Below are positions 15,620-24,777 of a stretch of 64,000 nt of DNA, one piece after another. The notes beneath the pieces are model-generated. The model saw only the letters and a program-made list of their open reading frames with translations, was not told the DNA's origin and ran no database searches. Made by a program: the position numbers and the translations under genes. The DNA is from an uncultured Planctomycetia bacterium. Lineage in GTDB: Bacteria; Omnitrophota; Gorgyraeia; Pluralincolimonadales; Pluralincolimonadaceae. The DNA is taken from the NCBI GenBank assembly GCA_964650515.1, contig CAZYUB010000009.1, positions 25,093-89,092 of the forward strand, in the 5' to 3' direction. Each line of letters starts with the position of its first letter. The stretch's first letter is position 1.

Positions 15620-18220
15620 ATGAACAAGAGAAGAAAGAAGGGCGTCGCGCTTATCATTACGGTAGGGATCCTCGCGCTGCTGGCCATGATCGCTACCTCT
15701 TTCGCCTACAACATGATGTTCGACCTAAAGGGCGCCGCAAATTATGTATTGAAGATGAAGGCGAAGAACGCGGCTGAGGCGGGAATAAATATGTCTATCG
15801 CCTACCTGCGGCAGCTTGCCGCGAGCGACTTCAACGCGGTGCCTACAAGCGCGTGCGATTGGGCATATACAAGCGCCACGCAGCCGTCGTTTGACGGGCG
15901 TGACGGGGCGGCAGGCAATTCAACGAGCGGACTGCTCGGAGATGTCGGCAGGGGCCATATCGCCGTATGCTCATTGAGGGTGACCGACACAAATTCGCAG
16001 ATAAACATCAACGACACAAACCCGAACCTGAATGTCATCCTGGGAAACCTCGGGACCATATTGTCCATACCGGGATGGGCCCAGGCAAATGCGGACAGCA
16101 TGATATCCGGGAGGCCTGCTGGCGGTTATGCGACCAAAGAAGGGATAGTCGAATTTATGCCGGGTGCCGACCTGACGGCAAAGAGGGTTAATTACGCCCT
16201 TATAAGGGATTTCGTGACCGCCAACAGCTATATCGACCAGTACAGCGAGGACGCGACGGCGCCGATGCCTACCAGCAACAACTACCAAAGCAAGTCGCCG
16301 GTAAACATCAATACCGCAAGGAGAGAGGTGTTGCGCGCGGTCCTGCGCCCTCTTGTCAGCACTGACGCGAATGCGTCGCAGGTAGCCGGCGCGATCATTA
16401 CGGCGAGGACTATGGTATCGCCGTTCCGGAGCTGGAACGGGGCCGCGTCGGCGGGCGGCTTTAATTCCTTTATCGACAATATCAACCCTACAATATTGAC
16501 CAATCCCCAGAAAGACGCCATCAAGAACAACTTCAATCCCAATAAGGTCAAGCAGGGCGCGTATACTACGGATTTCTGTTTCCATCCGGGAGGTTTCTAC
16601 GAGATCATCTCGACCGGCACAGTCGGAATAGATAATAATTCGGACGGGGCGGTCGAGGATGCAAAAGCAAGGCAGGAGCTTACCGCTATCGCAAGGATAT
16701 ACAGTATCCTTAATTATACGGCAAAAGAGCAGTTCCGCGGCGAGGACGCGAACTACAACGGCATCCTGGACGCGGGCGAGGACGCGAATGGGAATGGTGC
16801 GATCGATAGCCCTACGTTCCAGAACGTGACATGGATGAACTCATGCCCGGTGGTCTCGACGGAAGGCGACGGCGTGAAATACCCTGCGGTTGGAGGCTAC
16901 ACGACCGTGCCTAATTCGCTGAAGCTAGGAGTGTGGGATAATTTCGACGAGGATAATTATGACACGAACGGCGACGGGAAGGCCGAGACGGGTTTCAGCC
17001 TGTGGGCATGGTCGAATGAATCCGGCGCCGGGTCTAAGATGGAATTCAAGGAGTGCGATGGTGACGGAGATTGGGAGATGTATGGAGAAGGCGTCTATTT
17101 TGGTTCTCCGTGGATATTCCCGAAGTTCGTGTTAAGGTCTGATTGGGTGTTCGGGAATAGGTTCTCTTTGAGGGGTTTTACGTGCCCGATACCAGCTGGT
17201 GACGGCACCGAGGATGGCGGGCGTATACAATTTACCAATTCAAACGGCAGCACAACATATGGGCAGTTTATGCTGCGGAGATGGGGATTCGACTATTGGT
17301 CCGGCGTCAGAGATATAACAAGGCCCCCGACCGTGGCGCAGCCCATAGGTACAGTGAAATGGGATGACCAGGCGACGGCAGATTCCCACGCAAAAAAGGG
17401 CAAGGATTTTTCAGATACAACCGTATATTTGAGATTAAACGGCAGCAATCACCGCGTATACAGGTTGGGAGACCTGTACGGATATACGGACCAATTTACG
17501 GACCATTACAATTTTTGTACCGATCCCTCATCAGTCCCCGTCACATTTTACGAAGAGGGTATCGATAGGTATCACGGTGTCATGCCGGAGATATATGCCC
17601 TCAAACTTGCGGTAAGCCCAGACCTATCGCCGAACTATAGGGCATGGATTGCAGTAGGCAATATTAATATTGCCGAGCTTTATGATTATAATGCAGGGAC
17701 GTATTCCGGGTTTACTCCATGTGTTGCGCCGTCCTCGAATTTCATGGCCGTACCGCTGCATGCAAGCTCTCAACCTTCTTATGACAGGTACGGATGCGAT
17801 AAGAGCCCGTGTTCGAGTAACACGTGGAGTATCAATACGTGGTATTTGACGCTGTTTTTGAATCACAGCGATGGTTTCTGGGAAGAAATAAGGGTCCTGT
17901 CAAATACCGGTTTTTATCAATCACCTGTTTTTGCGGGATCCTTATTTAATGGCGGGAATCCTGTAGTATGGGGCACCGGTTCATGGACACTGAGTATCCC
18001 CTCGACAGCCGACCCGGCAAAAGAAACATGCATCGTGCAGTTCAACACCGGAAGCGGATTGACTGCGGCGACGTTTAACGGCGCTATAGGCGGGGTCTCA
18101 AATTCAATTATATACAGGATTAATTTGGCATCTACCGATACCGATTGCAGTGAGACGCCGGTCTTTGAGGATTTGACCATAACTTACTTGCCGAGGGCAA
18201 GTGTTGTCTACCAGAGGTGA
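15620..18220 (+). CDS. Giant GspK-like pseudopilin paralog 3 (~866 aa) with tandem EF-hand-like loops
   Basis: N-terminus KKG|VALIITVGILALLAMIATSFA. ~75% protein identity to paralog 2 over the first ~150 aa. DANYNGILDAGE-DANGNGAID loops. Motifs SLKLGVWDNFDEDNYD and WMNSCP. The ATG at 15620 has a GAGG RBS; the upstream ATG at 15530 overlaps the -10 box and is rejected. Confidence 0.7.
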   Translation: MNKRRKKGVALIITVGILALLAMIATSFAYNMMFDLKGAANYVLKMKAKNAAEAGINMSIAYLRQLAASDFNAVPTSACDWAYTSATQPSFDGRDGAAGNSTSGLLGDVGRGHIAVCSLRVTDTNSQININDTNPNLNVILGNLGTILSIPGWAQANADSMISGRPAGGYATKEGIVEFMPGADLTAKRVNYALIRDFVTANSYIDQYSEDATAPMPTSNNYQSKSPVNINTARREVLRAVLRPLVSTDANASQVAGAIITARTMVSPFRSWNGAASAGGFNSFIDNINPTILTNPQKDAIKNNFNPNKVKQGAYTTDFCFHPGGFYEIISTGTVGIDNNSDGAVEDAKARQELTAIARIYSILNYTAKEQFRGEDANYNGILDAGEDANGNGAIDSPTFQNVTWMNSCPVVSTEGDGVKYPAVGGYTTVPNSLKLGVWDNFDEDNYDTNGDGKAETGFSLWAWSNESGAGSKMEFKECDGDGDWEMYGEGVYFGSPWIFPKFVLRSDWVFGNRFSLRGFTCPIPAGDGTEDGGRIQFTNSNGSTTYGQFMLRRWGFDYWSGVRDITRPPTVAQPIGTVKWDDQATADSHAKKGKDFSDTTVYLRLNGSNHRVYRLGDLYGYTDQFTDHYNFCTDPSSVPVTFYEEGIDRYHGVMPEIYALKLAVSPDLSPNYRAWIAVGNINIAELYDYNAGTYSGFTPCVAPSSNFMAVPLHASSQPSYDRYGCDKSPCSSNTWSINTWYLTLFLNHSDGFWEEIRVLSNTGFYQSPVFAGSLFNGGNPVVWGTGSWTLSIPSTADPAKETCIVQFNTGSGLTAATFNGAIGGVSNSIIYRINLASTDTDCSETPVFEDLTITYLPRASVVYQR

Positions 18221-19425
18221 AGTGGGCCATGAGTAAGGGTATTATATATATTGCAATCATATTGTTGGCTACGATTTTTTCTGCTATAAGGTTTGCGCAT
18301 GCCGATGACATTATCCTGAAGGAAAGCGGTAGGGTAATTGTCGGGAAGGTCCTTGAAGAGAAGGACGGCATGCTTACGATTAAGCTGTCAAAAGGCGGTT
18401 CTTGTATAATGCCGAGAGATTGGGTAAATAGGATAATAAAGAAGGACCTATCCGACGAAGAACTTTTTACCAAGGGTGATATATATCAGCAAAAATTGAA
18501 GGCCATAAATCCTAAATCAGCAGAAGACCATCTCGCACTTGCCGATTGGTGTTTTAATAACGGTACCCCGGAGAACGGTATGCTCTTTGCGGCGGAGTCA
18601 CATCTAAATATTGCTATGCAACTGGACCCAGGTTCTGCCAAACGCGCTCCTGAAGCACTACTTAGGGTAAGGGAGAAGACCGCCGAAAAGGTTTTCTCAA
18701 AAGCTGAGCTGGAATACGAAAACGGGGAGTATATAAGATCGGAGCAGGAAGCTTTGTCTATAATCTTCGCCTACGGTGAAACGAAATACGCGTCAAAAGC
18801 CAAAGGCCTGCTGACAAAAATATGGGGAAAAGACAGGGTTTTGGTTCTTTTGGAGCCAAAAGAGGATCCATTACCCGGTGTTGCTTATTCAAGGGAAGAC
18901 CTCGAGTCGGTTCTTTATAGTCTTAGTAATGACGAGCAAAAAGAATTGTATTTTTTAAAGTGTATAGATAAAGCTAAGGATTATGTGCAGAGGAGCCAGG
19001 AAGTCCCGGCTAACAGAAAGGCTAATTATTACAGGATCGCCATAGACTGCTACAGGAACGCGTTGTCGAGTGAAAAGTCGGAAGTCAGGGCTGTTGCTGA
19101 TTCAAATATTCAGGATCTTCTCAGGAAATATTTTGCGGACCTTTCCGCGCCTTACAATGATTACAGCTTTTCGTTGATTTCAAATCTTATGTTGATGATC
19201 AATGACGAGAAACTCATCCAGGACATAAGCGCGCAATACTCGAAGATGGGCGACGACCTGCTTAAGAAAGCCAGGCGGCTCAAGCAACCTGATAAGGGCA
19301 AAGAGGCCGCCGCAGCATATTTCAGTTATTCTATAGCGAATAATTTCTCCAAAGACGGCAAGATAAGGGAGAATGCGATAGAAAACATGATCGAATGCCA
19401 GCGCCTGGAGAGAGCACGCAAGTAG
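18217..19425 (+). CDS. Secreted partner protein A' (paralog of 14273-15466; identical last 12 aa IECQRLERARK), AT-rich codon usage
   Basis: 402 aa with a signal/TM N-terminus. ~35-40% identical to A overall, but the last ~40 nt and the downstream promoter are ~95% identical at DNA level. Confidence 0.55.
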   Translation: MKWAMSKGIIYIAIILLATIFSAIRFAHADDIILKESGRVIVGKVLEEKDGMLTIKLSKGGSCIMPRDWVNRIIKKDLSDEELFTKGDIYQQKLKAINPKSAEDHLALADWCFNNGTPENGMLFAAESHLNIAMQLDPGSAKRAPEALLRVREKTAEKVFSKAELEYENGEYIRSEQEALSIIFAYGETKYASKAKGLLTKIWGKDRVLVLLEPKEDPLPGVAYSREDLESVLYSLSNDEQKELYFLKCIDKAKDYVQRSQEVPANRKANYYRIAIDCYRNALSSEKSEVRAVADSNIQDLLRKYFADLSAPYNDYSFSLISNLMLMINDEKLIQDISAQYSKMGDDLLKKARRLKQPDKGKEAAAAYFSYSIANNFSKDGKIRENAIENMIECQRLERARK

Positions 19426-19459
19426 CGGTGTCAAAATCTTGCTTTAGAAAAAGAAATAA

Positions 19460-19488
19460 TTGACAACCGGGTGCTAATTTTATAGAAT
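19460..19488 (+). promoter_or_regulatory. Duplicated sigma70-like promoter TTGACA-N17-TAGAAT upstream of the gspL-like gene
   Basis: TTGACA at 19460-19465, 17 nt spacer, TAGAAT at 19483-19488. The predicted transcription start is only ~6-8 nt before the ATG at 19502. Confidence 0.45.
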
Positions 19489-19501
19489 ATACGCAAGCCA
19501 T

Positions 19502-21100
19502 ATGGGAAAACGTGCTCTTGGAATCGATATAGGCGCAGGCTCAGTCAAGCTCGTAGAGCTTGAAAAGACATCCGAAGGCGTGCAACTCCTCCGGGCAAAG
19601 TTTTTTGACCTCACACAGCACCCAGACCAGGAGAAACGCGAGGCCCTCGTAAGGGAGGGGCTCGAGGGGCTCCTCAAGACAGAAAAGATAAGAAGCGGCA
19701 ATACCGCAATATCCCTCTCAGGCCAGTCGGTCTTCATAAGGTTCCTGAAACTCCCCAAGATACAAAAAGGCAAAGTAGACAAGATAATAAAGTACGAGGC
19801 CCAGCAGCAGGTCCCGTTCCCCCTCGATAAGATAACCTGGGACCACCAGATATTCCACAGCGGCGCCGGCCCGGAAGAGGACGTGCTGTTTGTCGCCGCC
19901 AAGAAGGAGCTCGTCGAGGCCACGCTGCTGAATTTCTCAAGGACAGGCCTTGATGTAGAATCCGTCGACGTAAGCCCTCTCTCGCTGCTCAACGCGATCA
20001 CCTATAATGAGCCGCTCGCGAAAGGCGTAATAATAGATATAGGCGCGAAGGCGACAAACCTGATAGTCCTCGACGCGAAGGGCTTCTGGGTACGCTCGGT
20101 GCTCATCGCCGGCGATGAGATGACGCACGCGATAGCTTCTAAGATGAACATCCCGTTCGACAAGGCTGAAGAGCTCAAGCGCAAGGAGGGCATGGTCGTC
20201 CCGTCGGACAGTTTGGTGCCCTCGAACATAAGCTCCACGGGCCAGGAACTCGTAAGTATCCTCAATACCGTCGTATCCGACATGGTCTCGTCTATAATAC
20301 AATCCCTCGAATTCTATAAGTCGAAGCACGGCAGGGATATGGTCTTCGGCGAGGTCATACTTTCCGGCGGCGGCTCCAAGCTGAAGGGAATAGAGGATTA
20401 CCTCGCGAAAGGCCTCGGGATGCAGATAAGGCGCGCCAACCTCGGCCAGAAGATAAAATGCCCTTCGAACCTCAGGGTGGACATAGATTTCCAGTCGAGG
20501 TTCGGCGCCGCGATAGGCCTCGGGCTGCGCCTGCTGCAGAGATGCCCGACGAATATCGACCTGCTTCCGGCCGAAAGGAAAGAGGACAGGGATTTCAGGA
20601 AGGAAAGGATTTGGATAATCGCCGCGGGGGTCATGCTGTCGCTTATACCTTTCACTATAGCCATGAACATATGGTTCCAGTCCGGCGCTTTAAGGAAACA
20701 GATATTATTCCTCGATGATATATTGGCCCAGTATGACGACGTGAAAGCGAAGATAGCGACGCTTAAGGATGACATCAAGAAGGGCGAGCAGAGGATAAAA
20801 CCGCTTGAGAACGTTGCCGTCAGGAGGTCCCTGCTGCTGGAGGCGCTGCTTGAGGTTGAGAAGCTGCTGCCGAAAGAGACGTGGCTTACCTCGTTAAGCG
20901 AAGAGAAGGATTGGATCTCCATAGAAGGCAGGACCTCTGAGAACCTCCTTACGATAACGGAGTTCAAGAACAAGCTCTCGGCATCCCCGTTATTCGAATC
21001 GGTAGAGATAATCTACGCGAGCCTCCCGAAGGATTCAGAGGAAGGCATGGGCCAGTTGAGGGACTTTTCTATTAAGTTCAAGCTGAAGGCAGGGAAATAA
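19502..21100 (+). CDS. GspL-like assembly protein = PilM (actin-like ATPase fold) fused to PilN (TM + periplasmic)
   Basis: N-terminal GIDIGAGSVKLVEL and …ILSGGGSKLKGIEDYL… are PilM motifs. After a TM segment (IWIIAAGVMLSLIPFTIAM) there is a coiled-coil/PilN-like periplasmic domain. Confidence 0.8.
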   Translation: MGKRALGIDIGAGSVKLVELEKTSEGVQLLRAKFFDLTQHPDQEKREALVREGLEGLLKTEKIRSGNTAISLSGQSVFIRFLKLPKIQKGKVDKIIKYEAQQQVPFPLDKITWDHQIFHSGAGPEEDVLFVAAKKELVEATLLNFSRTGLDVESVDVSPLSLLNAITYNEPLAKGVIIDIGAKATNLIVLDAKGFWVRSVLIAGDEMTHAIASKMNIPFDKAEELKRKEGMVVPSDSLVPSNISSTGQELVSILNTVVSDMVSSIIQSLEFYKSKHGRDMVFGEVILSGGGSKLKGIEDYLAKGLGMQIRRANLGQKIKCPSNLRVDIDFQSRFGAAIGLGLRLLQRCPTNIDLLPAERKEDRDFRKERIWIIAAGVMLSLIPFTIAMNIWFQSGALRKQILFLDDILAQYDDVKAKIATLKDDIKKGEQRIKPLENVAVRRSLLLEALLEVEKLLPKETWLTSLSEEKDWISIEGRTSENLLTITEFKNKLSASPLFESVEIIYASLPKDSEEGMGQLRDFSIKFKLKAGK

Positions 21101-21102
21101 AT

Positions 21103-21867
21103 ATGGCAAAGGGCATTAAGCCGCATGTGATGACGAAGCTTGTGCTGGGGCTCGTATTCCTGGGGTCCCTTTGCGTCGCCATATTTGTCGGCTACGACAG
21201 GTCTTCCTTAGAGAAGTCCATACAGGACAAGACAGGAGAGCTCGAAAGCTATGAGGACCAGGGGCTTTCCGTCCTTAACAGGGAGCGGCTGAAGCTTGAA
21301 AAACAGCTTAAATCCCTGAAAGACGTGAATGACCAGCTGAATACCGGCCTTTTCACCAGCCCGAAGGCCAGGATGCCTAAGGAAGCCGGCGACGCCCTGA
21401 AGTTCAAGGAAGAGCTTTACAGGGTCCAGAACAAGATAAAGGAAGAAGGGGTGCCGATAGATTTCCAGTTCCCGTTCTGGCTCGGTTTCGAAAGATACGA
21501 GCATGATATTCCCGTTTCTGCCGACCTTCCCGTCAGGGCCAAGCAGCTCGAGATAATAAAAGAGATCATGGACCTGATGCTTCAGGCGAAGGTCCCCGAG
21601 GTATCGTCCGTAGAATTCCTCGAGTCGAAGAACATTACCTATGACGGCGGCAAGGAGCCGATGTTCAGGGAGTTCCCTGTGAGGATATCGTTTAAGTGCA
21701 AGAACGATAACCTTCTCGGTTTCCTGTATAAGGTCTATGTTTCCGGGATACCTTTCAGGGTAGACGTACTCAAGATCAAGGTACTTAACGAAGAGACCGG
21801 CGAAAAGGGCGAACTTAAAGTGGAAGCCGTGATAGTGGCTGCCATACAGCAGGCGGAAAAGATATGA
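21103..21867 (+). CDS. PilO/GspM-like bitopic inner-membrane assembly protein
   Basis: Single N-terminal TM (LVLGLVFLGSLCVAIFVGY), coiled coil, ~250 aa, positioned after the PilMN fusion. Confidence 0.55.
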   Translation: MAKGIKPHVMTKLVLGLVFLGSLCVAIFVGYDRSSLEKSIQDKTGELESYEDQGLSVLNRERLKLEKQLKSLKDVNDQLNTGLFTSPKARMPKEAGDALKFKEELYRVQNKIKEEGVPIDFQFPFWLGFERYEHDIPVSADLPVRAKQLEIIKEIMDLMLQAKVPEVSSVEFLESKNITYDGGKEPMFREFPVRISFKCKNDNLLGFLYKVYVSGIPFRVDVLKIKVLNEETGEKGELKVEAVIVAAIQQAEKI

Positions 21868-22535
21868 AAGGCATATATAAGATCGCCGCGATAGCGCTGT
21901 TCGTATTATGGTTCATATTGCTATGGTCGGCGCCGTCTTTATTCACGCCGAAGGATTTCTCCGTCCCGACGGGCGAAGATAATATCGTTAAGCCAGACGA
22001 TACAGCAGTTGACGCGTCTGACGTTTATTCAGCCCTTATAGAAAGCGTTAAATCGCCGTTTGCCGCTGCGAGATACCAGCAGCTCCTCGACAGGAACCTG
22101 TTCATGAGGCCGGAAGCGCCCCCGGTCGTTTTCACGCCGGACAAGCTTAAGGTCGTGTCTATCGGGGCCACGAACCTGCCCTTCATGTATACCGGTTTCA
22201 TACAGAAGCAGGACGGCACGATGATAGGCCAGATTAACTGGTCGGGGAAGACATATTTCGCTAAGAAAGGCGAAAAATTCAAGGATTATAAGGTTATCGA
22301 GATAAATTCGAAACAGATAAGGGCCGAGAACAAGGACGGGCAGCTTACAATGGAGTTCAAGAAGCCCGTAAAGAGCAAGGAACTGATCGGAAAGCTCTAC
22401 AGCTCTATGGACGATAAGACCTTTGAAGTGAAAAAGGGAGATGAGATAAACGGTTATAAAGTTCTTGACATTAAGGCCGATAGTGTGATACTATACGGCC
22501 AGGATCAAGAGTGGGTCATTAAAAAGGGGAGATGA
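21864..22535 (+). CDS. PilP/GspC-like protein (TM anchor + two beta-sandwich HR-like modules)
   Basis: N-terminal TM; …KLKVVSIGATNLP…GQINWSGKTYFAKKGEKFKDYKVIEINSKQIRAENKDGQLTMEF resembles the PilP/GspC HR fold; the position in the operon fits. Confidence 0.45.
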   Translation: MKGIYKIAAIALFVLWFILLWSAPSLFTPKDFSVPTGEDNIVKPDDTAVDASDVYSALIESVKSPFAAARYQQLLDRNLFMRPEAPPVVFTPDKLKVVSIGATNLPFMYTGFIQKQDGTMIGQINWSGKTYFAKKGEKFKDYKVIEINSKQIRAENKDGQLTMEFKKPVKSKELIGKLYSSMDDKTFEVKKGDEINGYKVLDIKADSVILYGQDQEWVIKKGR

Positions 22536-22540
22536 TATAA

Positions 22541-23659
22541 ATGGATATTACCAATGGGGTTAAAAGAACGGTTCTGCCGTTTTTTTGTATCTTTCTGACT
22601 TTCAATTTATTCTTTATTATCTCATTGTATTATTTTGCCGGAGGCGAAGCCCACGCTGCCACGGGGAGTGGTTATTCTAATGATTCCCTGGAGGCAAAGA
22701 TTATCGCCGAAGACCTGGCAAAGCAGAAAAAAGTAGAAAAAAAATCCCTCGTTTCAGACCTCTTTAAGCAGGCAAAGGCCTCATATGACGCGAAAGATTA
22801 CGAGACCTCCCAGAAGATATTCGAAAGAGTCGTCCAATTAGACCCGAAGAACAAGCAGGCCTCCCATTATATAGAATTATGCAAGGAAGGCATGGCTAAG
22901 GATGTCCCCGCGTCTATATCGGGCACCCTTATGAAGAGGGGTAAAGCGAATTACGCGAACAAGCAGTATGCGGCCGCGATAGCGGACTTTGAGACGGCGT
23001 TGGCAGCGAACCCGAGCGACTCGGAGGCCAGGTTGTGGCTTGAGAAGGCGCGCAGGGGGGAGGAGCTGTACTCAAGGGAGAAATCCACAAAAGAAGAACG
23101 TAAAGATATAGTAAACGACAGGAAGGTCCTGAAGGAAGAGAAGGACACTGCGGAGCAGGCGGCCCTGCGCGATGTCGACAAGGGTTGGCTGCCCCCGGCC
23201 GCTCCGGTTAAGGAAGAGTTACAGGTCGAGGAGGTCATATCGGAATCCGAGAGGGCCGAACAGGAAGCCAAGAAGGCGCTTATCGACAAGATGCGCAGCG
23301 TAATGGTCCCCGCGATCTCGGTCACTGACGCGGATATCCAGGACCTGATACGCCAGCTCATGGAGATGACCGGCGTCACGATAGTCGTGGATGAAAGGGA
23401 GCTTGCGGCCCTTACGAAAGACGCTCCCATAAAGATATCATTGAGCACCGCTACCCCGATGCCGTTGCTGGACGTGCTCGATATAGCGTTCAAGACGACG
23501 CAGTTGGGTTATAAGGTAGAGCCGAATTACGTATACGTAACGAGCAAGCGCATGAGGGACATTGAAGACCTCGTGACAAGGACATACAAGCTTAAATACC
23601 CGGAGCGCAAGACGAGGGAAGTCAAACTGAAGGAATTTGAGGCCAAAGAGGCGGAATAA
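22541..23659 (+). CDS. Membrane-anchored TPR-repeat protein with C-terminal secretin N0/STN-like domain
   Basis: N-terminal TM, TPR-like helical repeats, and a charged coiled-coil linker. C-terminal …VPAISVTDADIQDLIRQLMEMTGVTIVVDE…PLLDVLDIAFKTTQLGYKVEPNYVYVTS matches the N0/STN fold pattern found at PilQ/GspD N-termini. Confidence 0.5.
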   Translation: MDITNGVKRTVLPFFCIFLTFNLFFIISLYYFAGGEAHAATGSGYSNDSLEAKIIAEDLAKQKKVEKKSLVSDLFKQAKASYDAKDYETSQKIFERVVQLDPKNKQASHYIELCKEGMAKDVPASISGTLMKRGKANYANKQYAAAIADFETALAANPSDSEARLWLEKARRGEELYSREKSTKEERKDIVNDRKVLKEEKDTAEQAALRDVDKGWLPPAAPVKEELQVEEVISESERAEQEAKKALIDKMRSVMVPAISVTDADIQDLIRQLMEMTGVTIVVDERELAALTKDAPIKISLSTATPMPLLDVLDIAFKTTQLGYKVEPNYVYVTSKRMRDIEDLVTRTYKLKYPERKTREVKLKEFEAKEAE

Positions 23660-23661
23660 AC

Positions 23662-24777
23662 ATGGGAAAAAATCTCTGTCTTTTCGCGCTGGCGTCCCTT
23701 CTCATACTCCCCCGCATGGTGTCCGCAGAGGACATCAATGTCGCGAATTACCTGAAGGACAGCCTTCCTCCGCAGGAAGGCAGGAAGATAACGTATAACC
23801 AGGCATCGAAGCTCCTGACCGTCACAGACACCAAGTCGAACCATAACCTGATAAAAAACCTTATCAAGCAGTTCGAGATAGGCCCGAAACAGGTCATGAT
23901 CGAGACGAGGTTCGTGGAAGTCGACGTTACCGACCTCATGGAAATCGGTATTGAATGGGACTTCTACAAGCAGGGGCATCCGAGCGGCAAGGGTTTCAGG
24001 GGCATGCGCTGGGGTGATGCTACTTATGGCGCCGATTACCAGGGTGTCCACTGGAATAATGACCTTGAATCCACGTTCCCTATAACCGGGAATTTTGCCG
24101 GCCAGTTAGCGCTCTATAAAGTGCTTGAATCAGGCGATTATATAGTATCGAACCTCAGGGCCTTGGCGGAACAGGGTAAAGTGAACCTGCTGTCGTCCCC
24201 GAAGATCACGACGGTAGCCGGCCAGATGGCGAATATCCAGGTAGTCAGGACCCAGCCGTATGTTTCGGACTTTACGCTTGAGAATATCGGTACGGCGGAA
24301 GACCCTATATGGAGCTATAAGTTGACCCTCGCGGAGAAGCCGATAGGCATATTCCTCGAGGCCACTCCTTACGTTACCGAGGGTTCGAACACGATAACGC
24401 TTGACCTCCATCCTGAAGTCAGCATTATGCGCGACCAGGTAAGGATCTCGACACTTACGACAAGCGGCGAGACCGGCGAGCTCGGCAACGTTACGGCTGA
24501 CGATTCGGTGCCGCTCATTCCGGAAGACCTCGGATGGCCCGTGGTGGACGTCAGGACTACGCAGACCAGCGTCGTCGTCGACAGCGGACAGACGATAGTC
24601 CTCGGCGGTATGATCAAGGATGAAGAGCAGGTCATCAAGAGGAAGGTCCCGGTATTGGGGGATATACCGCTCCTGGGAAAGGCCTTCCAGTATGATTACA
24701 AAGAACAGCGCAAGAAGAACCTCCTTATATTCATCACGGCGAGTATCATCAATGCCAGAGGGGAGGTAATAAGGTGA
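23662..24777 (+). CDS. gspD: Short secretin 1 (signal peptide + one N-ring domain + secretin domain; lacks N0)
   Basis: …VMIETRFVEVDVTDL… (Secretin_N); …LRALAEQGKVNLLSSPKITTVAGQMANIQVV…TSVVVDSGQTIVLGGMI…KVPVLGDIPLLGKAF…KNLLIFITASII is the secretin C-domain signature. Only 371 aa. Confidence 0.85.
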   Translation: MGKNLCLFALASLLILPRMVSAEDINVANYLKDSLPPQEGRKITYNQASKLLTVTDTKSNHNLIKNLIKQFEIGPKQVMIETRFVEVDVTDLMEIGIEWDFYKQGHPSGKGFRGMRWGDATYGADYQGVHWNNDLESTFPITGNFAGQLALYKVLESGDYIVSNLRALAEQGKVNLLSSPKITTVAGQMANIQVVRTQPYVSDFTLENIGTAEDPIWSYKLTLAEKPIGIFLEATPYVTEGSNTITLDLHPEVSIMRDQVRISTLTTSGETGELGNVTADDSVPLIPEDLGWPVVDVRTTQTSVVVDSGQTIVLGGMIKDEEQVIKRKVPVLGDIPLLGKAFQYDYKEQRKKNLLIFITASIINARGEVIR

